Below, in pieces: positions 27,601 to 42,600 of a DNA stretch of 64,000 nt. The notes beneath the pieces were generated by a model. That model did no database searches, was not told where the DNA came from, and worked only from the letters and a program-made list of their open reading frames with translations. Position 1 is the first letter of the stretch; every line of letters begins with the position of its first letter. This DNA comes from Phoronis australis (lineage: Eukaryota > Animalia > Phoronida): positions 353,372 to 417,371 of the forward strand of contig NMRA01000122.1 in the NCBI GenBank assembly GCA_002633005.1, read 5' to 3'. The position numbers were made by a program, and so were the translations under genes.

Positions 27601-30600
27601 CGCTTATATATTAAAAAGTATGCACTACACTTGCGAGGACCATGCACTGCGCTTATATATTAAAAAGTAGGACACAATTTCATTTGTAAAGTTTAAACAT
27701 TTTACTAGGATTAAGTATTAATAAACAAGCTCAAAATATAATCATAGTGACATCTACTTAAAGGTAAAAGGGCAATAAATGTGTCATTCAGAAATAGCAT
27801 CAATGCACAATGAAATAATCATCGTTTTGTCATCTTTAATTACCTTCCTTCAGTGGCTCTATTAATAAACCAGCACAATTATTGTGGTCTCCATCTGACA
27901 CCCCACACCCCAGAACCACAAGACCACAGCTACCCCCTTTCCACCTCTCTATGCAGGCTGGCCCCTGGATTTGGTGGTTAGGGATGACTCATGCCCAGCA
28001 ACCACAGCAAATGTAACCGCCCAGCTTGGGTTTCCCTGAATCCAAACACTGGCTTCTCCCTGTTTGTCCAGTTGGTTTCCCAAATGGAACCCGAGCTGGT
28101 AGTGCCAAAATTTGCTGACTGGCCACCCATGCTAGGAACATCCAGAAGATATGGTAGTGATAATGCTGTTTATTTTTCCTCTCTCTCACCCTTGCCACTC
28201 AGGAGGATCCATCTGCACTGGATGAACAGTTCCCAGCAGAGTAAACTGTTGAGCTCACACTCTCAGTGCTTTGCCTTGTATTTCCTAATCTACTATATTA
28301 CATGTTTGCAAAGAAATGAAAAGAAAAACAAAACTATTTCTTTGCATGACATTTATTGAATTCCTGAATAGTGCGGCTGCAGTCACGGACTCGCCCAAAA
28401 AAGGAAAACAAAAGAAAACCTTCTGCAATACTCTTTTCTAAAATCCCTGTTAACAACAGAAGTGGCGACAAAACCATCCCTAGTGCTTTGAAATTTATAT
28501 CCATTTAATAATAATAATAATAACAATAATAATAATAACAACAATAACACCAATAACAATAACAATAATAATAATAATAAGAATTGATAACACATGTAAA
28601 CAAGTGAAGTTCACTGATCAGCCACAATGTCCTAAATCAAACCGTCATACCAGTCCACATTAGAATTTATAAATTTACAGTATCTAGTTAATCTGCAATA
28701 ATCTCCTTAACAAATGTAAGAGTCAATTCCTCCCCCCCCCCAAAAAAAAAACAATTGGTTCCACTTGAAGCCATGTGTGAATGAATGAGGTCATGAACGC
28801 TAAATGTTGTCATGTTAAAAAAATGGTCCAAAAAGTTGTGGTGTCCAGCTAATTACCATATGTATCAAGTCATTCATGATCTAACTATTCAAGAGGAGAT
28901 CTACTTCTATCTCTGTCAGCTGTCAATGGCCAGATAGTCTCCATTTATTCTCAAAACAATAAAAAGCTCCAACGTTTATCATAATATTTAGGCATGGTGC
29001 ATCGAATTATCCCTGCCTGTCAATAGTGCATCTCGCGTCAATTGGGAGGCCACAGTGAAAACCCATGACTATCAAAACATGTTCTCTTGTGCATGGGAAT
29101 GAGTAATCCCAACAGATTGTCAGACACTCACTATCACATGGCTAATTTAAAGCTAGAGGTGGACATCTATTACCACAGAGTAGCCATTGGAACCAATTAG
29201 GTTTTGTGCATCATGAAAAAAACTTGTCTCTAAACAATGCAATCTGCCAAGACCAGCAGGGGTGTACACTGACGCACCTAATATTAATTTGTTTTAATAT
29301 TACGATGCATCTAGCGTCAGCTGTCTTGTCACCCTAATTATTAATCAGCACATGAATGAGTTTTGAATGCCTGCAAGTTACTAATAATTAAATAAATAAT
29401 AAGATATTGATGCCAAATAACCAATATGTTTTAAATATTCAGTAATTAAGCCTACATAGCCAGAAAAGCATCAATGGGCATGAAATTTATCTTGTTAAAA
29501 AATATAACATTTGTATATAAAGTAAAATGAATGAGTGCATCCCCTTACCCCTTACAAAGAACAGATGATTTTGCTTTTTAAGCATAGTCACGGAAACAAT
29601 ATATTGTATATCATGTTTGGCGATAACTTGGGATATCCAGTTAGCTTCAGCAGAATTTCAGTAAATTGCTTGTTAAAACAAATATTCAACACAGTTCTTT
29701 CACCACATCTTCACCAATGGCTTTTGCATTAACTGCTCAGAAAACAAAAGATTTCAAACGTAACCAAGCCTAAGATATCTTCGACCAAGCATACAAGTTG
29801 GTGTCAGCTCAGTTGAAGTGCTTCTTTTCACCACTAGATGCCACTAGTTGTACCTCAGCTCATGGCAGGCACGTTAGCTTGACTTGCAAGTGGTCTGAAA
29901 TTTTAGACACTTCACAGAATCTCACAGCACTCAACAAGTTCATTCCATAACATCGCGTTGACATTAAGCACTACAAAGCAAATAAACTTACAAGATTTAT
30001 CATGCAAATAATTTTTTAGTCCTTGTTGCTAAAAGCACTGCAACAAAAAACAACAAATAAACAAAAAACAACAAATGAAAACATTTTCGGTCAGTTTGAA
30101 ATATTCTGACGACTCTGAACTGTATTTTGAAACATTTTTGCGGATTTTTATAAAAAAGACATTAGCAACCCTAAAAACTGCAACTATGGCATTGTGAGCA
30201 AGTGATAGAGTAAACGTAGTGAATTTGATGGGCTGAATCGCTGTTGTATTTATTCATTACCCATTTCCAGCATAATTGCATAGTCTAAGGCATATTGTTC
30301 AAGTAATGAAACTGGGACCAAAAATCTGCAGGTATCTTGAAAATTTACAAATCAGAACTTAAAAGTGAGGGAACACTTATCGGATTGCTCAGAAAGGTTG
30401 ACATTTTCAGAACTCCCTCAATCCATCAATAGTGCTGTTATTTTTATTGATTTCACTTTTTAAGGAATTGACTGAAACTGTTCAAAATACCTCATTACAG
30501 AAAGTAAAATATGCAAAATTGACCAAAAAAACTTCTTCTTAAATAACTGAAGAAACAGACTCTTTTACCAGTGTCTGTGATAAATATTTATAATGTAAAC

Positions 30601-33600
30601 CAAAACTACAAAATGAAAAACAACAAAAGGCAAAAGTAGACATGCTCAAATAGGCAATAGGTTAGTTCAGAGAATCGCTGTTGAAAAGATAAAACTTATG
30701 GCAACCTTGAAAAGATTTATCAATCCAAATACTCATTAAGGAAACAAGAAAATACAATCATATTCTGACATACATTTTACTATTTTATCTATTAAAAGAC
30801 AGCTTAAAAAAACTCTCAAGACATGATTGACCGACCAATGAAGAAATGGACATAAATGGTGGCACTAGCAGAAGTTTGCATCACACTTAACAGCACCATC
30901 ACAAGAACTGTTGGCAAATGGAAAATGACAATTATCCCAGTGTGCCGTATAAATAAGTGCAAAGCACTGAAGGGTCATCAGAGACCATCCTGGTATTGAC
31001 TGAAAACCACCACTTCCATCTACTGGGTCCCATGGCAATGAAAATTGCTCAGAACAAAATCTAATTTCTAGAAAAGATTCGCCGTGATGCATTTCAATCA
31101 AGATACGAGGTCATGGTGGGATCTTGACTTTTAACTTATTTTCGCATGATTTCATACTTGCAGCATTCGGAGATAAAACCTTCCTCGAGTCCACTTCAGA
31201 AGAGATAATTTTGTTGCAGACAGTAACAAAAACATTACTCTAAGTTTCAAAGATTCAAGAGAAAAATTATGAAAACAAATAGAAATTTCGTTGACTGGTC
31301 TATCCAAGTTTTACAAGCAGCGCTTGATTTGGCGACCTGCAAGTCACCGATGCGACCTCAGATTGTGTTTGGTGACCAAGAAAAAATTTCAAGTTGCCAC
31401 GAAGTCGCCACTGCGAGTACCAGTCAGACAATAATTCCCCCAAAATTAATTTCAAAGTTTGTGTTGACTTACAAACTTTAAATTACTAATGGTCTTCCTA
31501 GATTTATTACCTTCCGTTCACAATTTTTCCGTTTATTTCGTGAAATCAGTGCCTTTGCCACCACAGCAGTCAGCACATATCAAACACACCTTCAAATTAC
31601 AACAGGAAGTAAACAAACGGAATTGTTTGCCAAAAATCCGGCAAGATCGGTGAACCACGCACCACCAGTGTCATCTGCGTTCTACGTTTGTTCGTCAGTC
31701 GGAGGACTTTTGGGAATGACAAATAAAATGTGCATTTAGGTGGAGACATCGAAGAGGTATGCATAAGGTTCTGCGAACGGAATGACAGTACATCCTTTTT
31801 TTGCTTGACAACTTTAATGCCGAGATTGACAAACCCAGATTTCATTTAGTGATCTTAATTTTCACTTTTTTCACTTTTTGGAGACCTCAAATTTCGTTTG
31901 GTGACCTCAGATTTTTGGCAAGAAGTCCATCCATCAGAAATATGTGTATAGACATGTCTCAGGCCACATTAACCTACCAGGTGTGCATTCGGAGATGCAA
32001 CAACCCTGCAAAAACACAAGCACGAGACATTGCCATGGCAGTATTATAAGCGAAGCACGATTCTTGCATCTACAGAACTCAGCCCAGTATTGGCTAGGTA
32101 GGTCAGGGGTCAATATGACCTGGAGTTTGGTAAATTACACACTAATTTCGACCAGGTACATAGAGAGAAAAAAATGGCCAACATCACCGCAGCTGCGTTT
32201 AATCTCCGCCCAGACAAAGTTGATCAATGAACTGAGGGGGTTCCCCTTTAGAAGAGGTACATAGGAGATGTCAGGTGACTTCTCCACGGCCAGTTTCAAT
32301 CTCAAATAGTGACTTTTTTAAGACCCCCACACCATAGTCTGACGAAATTTGATGAATCCTTGTGTTTCAAAAGTGATTTAAATGGCCACATAAAGTTGTA
32401 ATTGTGTCAAGACAAATAATGTTGCTTAGCATTGTATTGTATTTATTGTATTGTATTGCATGGTACTGTACTGCATAGTTTTGTGGTGAACTGGGGCACA
32501 TTCCAACATTTTAACAGGAAGGTGCATGTCTGCATAGATCCTTTTCAGTTGTTCAGATGTTGCCTGTCATTCATTATCAGGGCTTTCCAGGAACCTATCA
32601 AAACGTTTGATAATGTTACTTGGACAAGATCAAATCTTTAACTACTTCCTTTACATACAAATTTTATTCAAAGCTTTGCATCAGCTTATTTCCCAGATCA
32701 ATAGCACTGTTCCTGGCCAGCTGACCACAATGTTTGCTGGACAACTGGACACATACTGTTGTGCATGGCAAAGCAAAGTTTACTAACCATTAAAGGGTTC
32801 ATGAATATCCTCTTTCCAGTTTGTACACACACTAATCCATTGCAAATAAACCAAGGCACAAACAAGTGTAAAACAGGATGTGAGAGAAGCAGACATCTAT
32901 AGTCCATAAGAGCTCTCTCGTAATTGTTATCAGAGTAATATCCCTCTGTTTTGTTTATGTTCAATATTCTCTGAGACATCTAGTGTTTACACACCTATTG
33001 ACCTGACAATTGTCTGTTGAATTAACCCAGCATATCTAAGCATTTCCCCTCAGGTCGGTCTGAGCATATAGACTGCTCTGAGTTTCAAAAGTACATTGTT
33101 GTAGGCTGTTATATTGTCCTCAAGTGCATATTCAGAGTAATTCAGTTCAAAATGTTCCTTGCACCTTGCAGCAGGATCAGACTGTACAATTGGTAATGCA
33201 ATGGTCAGGGATAAAAAATCTACCATTCACAATTTATATGGTTAAAAAAGAAGTGTTGAACAGTAAAAAATAAATTACATTGTACCTCCAAGTCAGTTAT
33301 CACTTCAACATCAAGGCCATGTTAAAAATTAATGGACGTGTACATCGCCGGGGCAATGGGCTGCCTCAGGTTTTGATGTTTCCTACAAAACTCTTGACGT
33401 ATTTTGAATTTGAAATGTTTCACTTTTTGAAATAAAGAACATGGCTGGTTTTGCAGAGCACTGATAGAACACTTTGGTTTGCACAAGACAAGATGGGACC
33501 AGCCTGTAATTATATCAGACTCAGTTTCCTGTCTAAGTACGCATCCATAGTCATGTGAATAACAGTGTAACCACAGTTGTGTATTACTGCGTGTAACATA

Positions 33601-36600
33601 AAATCTCTACTGCAAAAACGGATAAAAAATAACCCACACTGCAAGGAAGACATCAAACGAAAACACTAGTTTATCTCAAGTGCTCAGTCACACAAAACAG
33701 TTACACACTGTAGCAAGCCAGTTCCCATGGAACTAACTGAACAATATGCAACTGGGCAGGACAGTCTGTTAGAAATGTGACAATACAGAATCCCAGCTGA
33801 AAACATCAAGATCATATCATCATGTCAAATTGTGAAATTAAATACTCATTTCAAACCACCGGGAGTGTCGATTGACACCAGCTTTACTACACAACACAGA
33901 CAGTCTATATCCTGGGAAAAACGTTAAAACCACAAACATAACTACAGCGGAAATGAAACCGATTGTAAAACACAATGTGAAAATGATCATAGATGATTAT
34001 GTGAATCCACTCCCCAGATTGATATATAACTGACAGCTTGACTGACAGTTGTCAAAAAGAGTTTGACCCAGGCAGTGTAAAGTGCCCTTGGTGACCCTAT
34101 TTTTCTTGAGTGTTGCCCATGACCCATATCATGCTATGAGTTGTCCCAGATACAGGGTGGGAGGGAGTGGGTAGGCCAACCCACTACACTCAGTGCATAA
34201 CCGATGGTTCATTGACTTCAAGCTAAGAACTAGTATACCATTACCATACAACTAGAAACGCAAACAACTATGAAAACATTTTAAACATGTTGAATTAGTA
34301 AACACCAAATTAGTAATAATAACGTGAAGCACTTGGATGAACTGGGAGAGATTACATTTCTGTTTGTCAATATAATCAACAAGTTGTTCTGTGAAGGTCA
34401 GATTAGAATAAAAACACTAAGTCACTGTCACGGATAAGGGACTAAAGCGCATTTCCAAGAAACCCTTCAATTCTTTACTGCATAAACTAATTTTGCTGAG
34501 AATTAAGTCCTTGGATGTCAATAATCAGATGTCTCAGTTATTATTACTGCTGATTGGTATTTCTGCACAGCATATGAGTCTCCCTTCTACAGTCAAACCA
34601 CTGTTATTGAGTTGTTTTATTGTGTCATGTATTGGTGAATGTTTGAACAAATCATTTAATTCAAGCACCATTATCAGAATTATATTTAGTATTTAAAAAA
34701 CCAATAATCTACCACACTACCTNCCTTACAACAAAACTTCAGCATTGTCAGACACTAGCTACAACACCTACCACCCACAGGGTATTCCTCCAAGATGTGA
34801 ACACATTCGCTTAATTAGCCAGCTATTCTTAAAGAACTATCCATTTGTTTATTGTTGGCATGCCTCTTGATTAGTCATTATGAAAGGCCCCAGTGTGTCC
34901 GCTTGGCTGGACTGAGTGTGTTGCCTGTGTGTGTTTAGTCAACACTTGGCAGTAACAGTGTCTACTTTGCCCTTCTACATGTGTGTACCTGGTCCTACAT
35001 GGTGACTCAGGCTAAACAATAATAACAATAGTCCCCATGTAAAACAGCCAAGCAGAGTGGGCTGGTAATAAGAACCCGAATAGCATAAGCCAGCAAAGTG
35101 TGCTGTATTGTAAACCTGTGTACAAGCCAATGTACGGGGTGTTTTCTCAACAAATTTTGGGACCTATGTCAAAAGGGGGGAATGTAGTGGCATGCATGAT
35201 ATGCGCGCAATGTGTGCGCCAGGGATGAAGGTAAGCAGGTTGGGGTGGGCGTAGAAAGTATAATAATTACTGTTGTGTATAAAATGACTCACACCATCAA
35301 TATTATCACTATCATTAATGTAAAATATTTAGAAGGTAAGATCACTCAAATTCTGGTCACAATTCAAGAGAGGATTGCAAATGGAGTTGTAGTAATCTCA
35401 AAAAGCTAGCTTCATTTGTTTTTTACCGACATTGACTCCCTCTCAGCTGCATGTAGACGTTCAGTCATACAAAGGTAGCTGGCTACCTAACTATGTGCAG
35501 GATTTTAAACAGTCTGTAATTAACACATTTCCCTAACATCCAGATATAACGCTTCTCGGCTCTGTCTAGGCTTAACTTCAATTATTGTGCACTATTTTTT
35601 CTGTAATAAACACTCATAAATGACACGTATCCTCAAAATTTGGAAAACTCTGTTCAAAGACACTACAAACGAATTGCCATAACAACTAGAGTTGGAGGAG
35701 GCATGTCATAAGCAACCTTGTTGGTTGTTCAACATTCTCAAAACCACAATTTCCTTTGCTGTCTTTCCACAGTTTCAAAAATGATTAGATGCCTGTGCAC
35801 GTGCTCAATAAATCTTCAATTCACTTTGATCTCTACAAGGGATAACTTTACCAACCTTTAAAATTCTTGGGTGGCTGCATATTCTTATGTAGTTGCCAGA
35901 GTTTTCCTGTTACGCTGTCTGAGCACACCTCCCTCCGGTTTTAAAGTTAACATTTAAAATCATACACTTGACTTCAATGGGATCAAACAAAAGTTAAAAA
36001 TGTTAATTAATGGTCACTTTTCTATCTGTGTGACCACCTGGCAGAAGGCTACATGGCAACAATGCAGTCTACGGTGGAGTTTCCAAACACAATATGGCAG
36101 AATTGATACTGAAAAATAATTTAAAGACCTTGCACAGACAAACACAAGTTGTTTTCTTTATTCAAATTTTATCAAAATTTTCAACAAAAGTAAACAGGAG
36201 GAGACCCTTACTGGATCATTTCCAACGTTTACATTTTATAATTGTCATCAACAAAAACACAATAAAATTAAATCATTTCTAACAATAAACTTGATTTTTT
36301 TAAAGTTGGAAAAACAATGATTTTGGCAATAATCCGAATGAGCCACAGAAAGCAGATAATTGCAAAGGCTGACTGAGGCTACTTTTTGAAAGAAAAAGAG
36401 AAGACTAGTAGGAAGGAAATAAACTATCACTTGTTTCTTCAGTTTCACCAGCAGTGAGTAGACTTCTCAGTAGAAATTTGTACATCCCTTTGCAAGGCTA
36501 ATTAGCGCTTAGCAACATGGCTCTCAGGCAACCAGGAAGCTCTACTAAATAAAATATGCATATTAAACATTTAATCAAAAGGCCCTTTCAAATACAGTTA

Positions 36601-39600
36601 ACTGACAGCTACCAGTGAGGCTTGGATGTTAAGTGTGCTTAATAGAGAAGCTAAGCGTTAGCGTAACCATCATCTTTGGAGTTAGTCAGAAAACTGGTTC
36701 AGGTATTATTGCAAGGCGGCGCTTTGCTGTTTTTATCCTTGCCTTCAAAAATGGTAAGGAGTTGACTTCTTCTCCTCTAACTTGACAAGGCGGAGTCAAC
36801 AGATGGGATGATGATGATGGACTAGATGATGATATATTAAAAAAAATTTGACTCGGCCGATCCGAACAAAGGTTACTGCGTATGGCTTATGGTGGGAACT
36901 CGTTTTGCGTACACTATACGTTCCGCAAATACATGGATAAACTAAAACAGAGTGCTTATACTGCCAAAATAATAAATATTAGAACAAATACATTAACAAA
37001 TATTAACCAGTCACCGCCCGCTGTTGGCAATCACAGTGACCCTTGGTGATAACTCCAATAGCATCAAAGTAAAGCGTTTCCATTGTAGTGAAGCATCAAC
37101 ACTTCACTGTTAAATCCACCTCTTTACTCCGGAGTTATGTATTTCGCACTGTTAACTTCGATTCAAGGCCAAAGTTAAGTGTTCAGTCATTACCGAAGCT
37201 TCGGAAGCAGTGGGAAAGGCCTTTAAAAAATATAGTAACAGTGGTTAGCAACATGTCCACTCCATGCAACATGCAACTGAATTACAATGATGCTCCAAGT
37301 ACTGTTTAAAAATATCAGAAAATGCCATTGCACAACACACCGGATTATCAGTACTAAACAGTTGTCCACACCAGAGCTAAAAATCTGAACTATCAACATG
37401 GTGCCAGTACACAGAAACCACATCTGTTATTTGAACCTGAACCGGGTTTTGCCTGGTGACGCGCTTGTTTCCTTCAGGGCGACCCGTCTTGACGTCTTAT
37501 GACCAAATTCCATTCAAATTCCAATAGCAATTGTCGCAGACCACCAAATTTTGTTGTGTCTACAATTGATACACCTGTAATACTGCAGCTATCAGGTGAA
37601 CTTAATTACTTAGAACTTCCAGGGGGGGGGTCACACCAGAATGATTTGGGTTAGATTTTGCAAAGAGGGAACTCAAGTCGTTGATGAAGACAATTTCAAA
37701 TTGTGCAAACTGAAATGCCATTTTTATTCCACATTGTGGCATAAGCCAGCGACATGCCATCTACATCATATTTTAATTGAGCTAGAGTTCAGCAAGCCTA
37801 GATGAACACATATGAGAACAGGCCACAGGGCCCACGAAACTTTTCACAAGACTCCGCTTGAAATTTGACCAATCAAATTGCATGAAACAGAATAAGTTAG
37901 TGCAAGTGTGCGTTGCAATAGGACAATTTCTATGTCTCCAGTAAATTTTGGTGGTCGTGGGCCCTGGAGACATCAAATAATTTGATGTTCTGTGGGTAAA
38001 TAATCGACAATAACTGTCTCCGATTGTGTTTGCGTTCAACTGAATCAAAATCTCCATTCTGTTTTCTACCTTTAAAGCATGCGAAATCTGCTTGCCCCCC
38101 CCCCCCCTTTAACCGTGTCAACAACTGTCCTTGAGGTGCCCTAGGTAACATGATCCACCACATTAATTCAAGAAGGGTCATTGTATTCCCTGCTGATGTC
38201 ATTGTTGGTAATACATATGTGTGCATTGCCAACAGCCAAATAGCAGAGAGGTCAAAATGTTGCCAACACCGCCACCCTAGCTGGCCGACCTTTCAGCGCA
38301 ATCCCAGAGGAGGTGTCAAGGTCGATTGTGCGCTTTGAAGGATGACATCAAATACGGTAGTACCTGGCTAACAATCAATATTGTCAACTAGTCAATTTCT
38401 CCCAGGCACTGATAACTGTCAACAGATGGTGTGCCAAACAATAAATCACAGTGTCGAAAAGCCTGGCAAGCATCACTTTTCAATGTCTACATTACTGATG
38501 GCATTTGTCATACAAACTTGTTTAGCAATAAACAGCAAAAATTTGAAATTGCTTCAACTAGTTCTGTCCCAGGTGCCAACCGAGACACATTTCTTTCCCT
38601 GAATTCTAGTGCAAAACCTGATAATTGTATGCTAGCCAAGAGGTAATTAACTTGTCTTGTGCTGCAACCTTTTAAGAAGAATAATACAACAAAGGGACCT
38701 TGTGACGTGATAAAAACCAGCAACAACCTTGGAGCTGTATCCAGATAGACCTCAACTTGTACCAAGACATGAATATTCCAATGATAGTTGAAAGGACATT
38801 GTGTGTGTGCGTGTGTGTGTGTGTGTGTGTGTGCTGCATTGTCATAAAACCAGAAGGTGCCCAACCTTAACACTAGCAGATTACTTCCTCCTTGTCACTG
38901 CCTCTGTCCACATGGCCATTTGCACTGGAACAAGTCCATCGGGTGCGAGTTGCATTACCTTAAAAACTTGAGGTAAACTGTCAAGTTGTGCCACAATGCA
39001 CCAAATTTGTACAAACCACCAACCAAATTATCCTCAAGTGCAAAGGAGACTTTGAAAAGACATACCTCTTGACTTCTAACCTTTTATGTACCAACAACAA
39101 ACCATTGAGACAATGTAACTTTTACAAAGACATCACAACGCATAATGCAATCCCATCCAATTATATATGATAAAGTCTCACTAATTTCGAACAAACATAA
39201 CTGCCAAATTTTTTTTTTCACTTTTCAAATGTTCCTTGCATTGATGTGAATGAGCACGATTTCTCCGAACATTGTTTGACGGTAGCTATGGTATACAAGT
39301 TGACATTGATATGTCTTTATTTGTGCTGCTTCCCTTTAACAAATAAAGTGGAAACTAAAAATTCACCTGTGTCCTAAATTGGTGAGATGATACCGTTGAT
39401 ATCACTCCTAGACACAAACTGAATATGGCCACATGGAAGGGCATGGGATCATACATGGTTAAGAGTTCTCAATACAATCCAACGTCAATGTTTTTGTATT
39501 GATACGATATTTTAAGTGTATTCTTATCCAGACTTCCAAGATGCGTGAATGAAAATAAATATTATGAAAGTTAGCTCATAGGTTCATATGACTAGTTCAT

Positions 39601-42600
39601 TTGCCTAATTACGTAATGCATTCACCTAATTGAACAAAGTTACACTTCAAGATGAGAAACAAGCCCATGAAAATCTTGTCACAAAGACAAAAAACTCTCA
39701 TTCCACCATGGCTAATGGATAATGAGTACTATCCTGGTACGCAGCAACAGTGTGGCATGTTGACCGACTCGTAAACAAAAGCAAATGACGACCGAACTTA
39801 TCACAACCGAGGTAGAACAATGACCGACTCGACTGCTCTCACAGTCAGACTGTATGAAAAGAAATAAGCGCGAAATTCTTGCCTCCCAAAACATCACTTC
39901 CAGGGTAGAGGACGAGAAATTAATTAAATTACGAAAAGCTGTAATTAAGTGAAAAATATGTCTGGGATAATCAACAGACCTTGTTTTTGCTAAAAGTGAG
40001 ATGAAAAAGGTTGCCTTCGCCTTTAATGGCAGGCACCAATGAACTAAACGAGATTTACAAGATCTTAGAAAAGGAAGTCTTTTAAGTTCACTCACAAGAA
40101 ATATCAGAAGAACTCTAACAACTACTTCTCGCAGAAGAGAACGAACAATCATGTTTCATCCTATAAGTCTCAGTGTTTTGTTTATTAACTCACCAGCGGT
40201 ATTCCCACCTCAGTTGAACATCGGTGCTTCCAGGTACAATACAAACTGATGACCACTAATGTACCGGTACGGCAACAAGACTAAGACAAGAAGACTACAC
40301 TAGCTATAGAACATCCCATGTGTTACCTGCACCCCAAAAACTGACTGACCGCTAATGAGCATGACAACAAGACAAGACTCATTATCCCCATGTTAGCTGC
40401 ACACCACAAACACAGTACTAGAACATTTAAATCCTGAATGAATTTTTAAGTCGTTTTCAAAATTTGGCACTGCAACATGTGTTGTCACTCAAAATTTCAT
40501 TTCCTTACTTTTTATAGAATTAATCAAGGTATTCATTTGTCACTCTAACAGGATCAAGACAGAGTCTAAATTAATATTTCTGACACAAGAGTTTCAATTC
40601 ACACAGGGATTTACGACTCAAACAGCGCAAAAGTAGGCAAAGCCAAAATCACAAACTACAAAAGGACTATTAATAAACCCAGCTGGCAGAGACAGCAAAT
40701 CCTCTCGTTAAAACAACCAATAAATTCCATTCTGCGCTATTTTAATCATGTGCAATTAAGAAGCTTACCTTGCCCTGTTAAAAACAAAACAAAACAAAAT
40801 AAAGAGTTTAACCCCAAAACAAAGGATTTCAAATACTTTGCATCGTGCTTTAAAGGGACATTGCATTTTTGTGATTATTTCTGCATAGGATAGACTTCTT
40901 AGCGATATTAACATTGACCAGAGCTTCAAAACAATAAACTCCCTTGTGCTTTTGCGATTTTATTACAAATTTCCAATTCTCAACGATGTCTGCCAGACAT
41001 TCGCTAAAATCAAGGTTGGGGACTTAACCAGTTAAAAATACTCTTAAAACTACTCAGCCACTTATCGAGTGGGCTTCAGTTCTGTCAGCACAGCATTTGG
41101 CTGCAACCACGGGATTCCAGGTTCGATTCTGCAAAATCATCTTCCAGTAGGTAGTCTCCCTTTGAGTTTCTAAATGACACTAGTCTAAGTTGTTCATAAA
41201 CAATTTCTGTCTGCGGTGTTGTGTTCCTCGTTTATAGGGTAAAATCTCAGCATAGGACATAATATGATGGACAAATGAGATTTAATTTTCTCGTGTTTTC
41301 ATAAAAGATATGTAGCATCAAATTAAAGCTTTACCGTGTTCTAGTTCTGAAAATTTGTGGGCATTCACAACAGTGTTAGAAAACATTGAAAAACGAAAAA
41401 AGATAATTTTGGCAATTATTTTTACCCAAAATTGGTAAAATATTACTGTATACAAACCCACTACCGGTAATTAACGTGATACTTCTACCTCCTGTTTTTG
41501 TCATTTTGTTCTGTAGTGTAACTGTTCAAGCAAGCCTGACGAACGTGCAAAACTACAAACTGTTACCAACTCTGAGAAGTAATTACACAAAACATGACAA
41601 GTCCAGTCATCCACGCCTGGAATTAACTCAGTTCTATTAGAGAAAACTGAGATCAGCTATGCGTGTAAAACTTTCCCAGGCCCGACATAAACTGTGTAAA
41701 ACAATCTTTCACATTCTGTTCCATAGTACGGCGAAAGCGCACCTGTACTAAATTATTATTAAGTACACCATGGCCCTGTTGTCACGAACACCATGGCTCT
41801 AATGAAGACAAACTGTGAAATTCCACAGACAGTGAAACATCCTACACATATCAACCAAACGCATTTTATATATAGTTACCACCCAGGGTATTAAGCTGGT
41901 CAAAAATCCGGGGATGAACATTATTTCATACATCCACTCCGAGTTCATAGTTACCACCCCAGGTACTAAGCTGGAAGGGTGGAGGTTAAGCCAATATCCA
42001 GGAAGTTACATAGAAGTCTGTAGATTGTAGACAAGAAAGGGGCTTAATAAAGACCTCAATTGGAGTGATAATGAATAATAGTCCAGTGGTGTGACCTAGT
42101 TTTTTACGCAGAGTATTTTCAAATTTTATAATGCAAACATTACGCGAGCGCATAATGAGCAAAAACATTAGAACTACAAAAAAGTCCCAGTCATAGAAAT
42201 TCGGTGTAGGAGATTAAAAATGAAAATTAGGAAATTTCAGAGGTAGGCGGTTAGCTGAGCATTGGCGTTGGGTATTCCCAAGAACTGATGCATAGGGTCA
42301 AGCCAGTGGAACGGAGGGGGACTGATATTTCGTCACGTTGCTCATTGTGGGTAGTCCATTAAACCTGATCATAGATATTTATGAACCTGACTGAATGACC
42401 TATTGTGAGAGGGCAAATGTCCTGAGCATTAAACAAAAGGGTACATGTCATAGTTTTGACAACTTGAACACTATTGTTGATGGTTTATGCAAGTTAATCT
42501 TTAGTCATTAAGGTTTTGAGTAAATAGTACTGCACATAAATATGTAAATGCTCTGGCACATATCACAGACTGAAATCAGTGTTGCACAAGGGCTATAGCT

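Noticed and set aside
27991-28359. 122-aa plus-strand ORF
   Set aside because: No recognisable domain, no supporting splice structure, and a length within chance expectation for 64 kb.
28383-28595. Poly-Leu ORF as a signal or membrane peptide
   Set aside because: It is the translation of the (AAT/AAC)n microsatellite.
34723-34723. Single N base
   Set aside because: Assembly ambiguity, not a feature.
39712-40152. Longest ORF in the track (146 aa, minus strand)
   Set aside because: No recognisable motif, and its composition looks like the antisense of a decayed plus-strand frame containing several stops. I could not assign either frame to a family.
41069-41135. Functional tRNA gene
   Set aside because: Only a B-box and a partial arm are present, and no cloverleaf can be drawn. 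It is kept as a low-confidence SINE relic.
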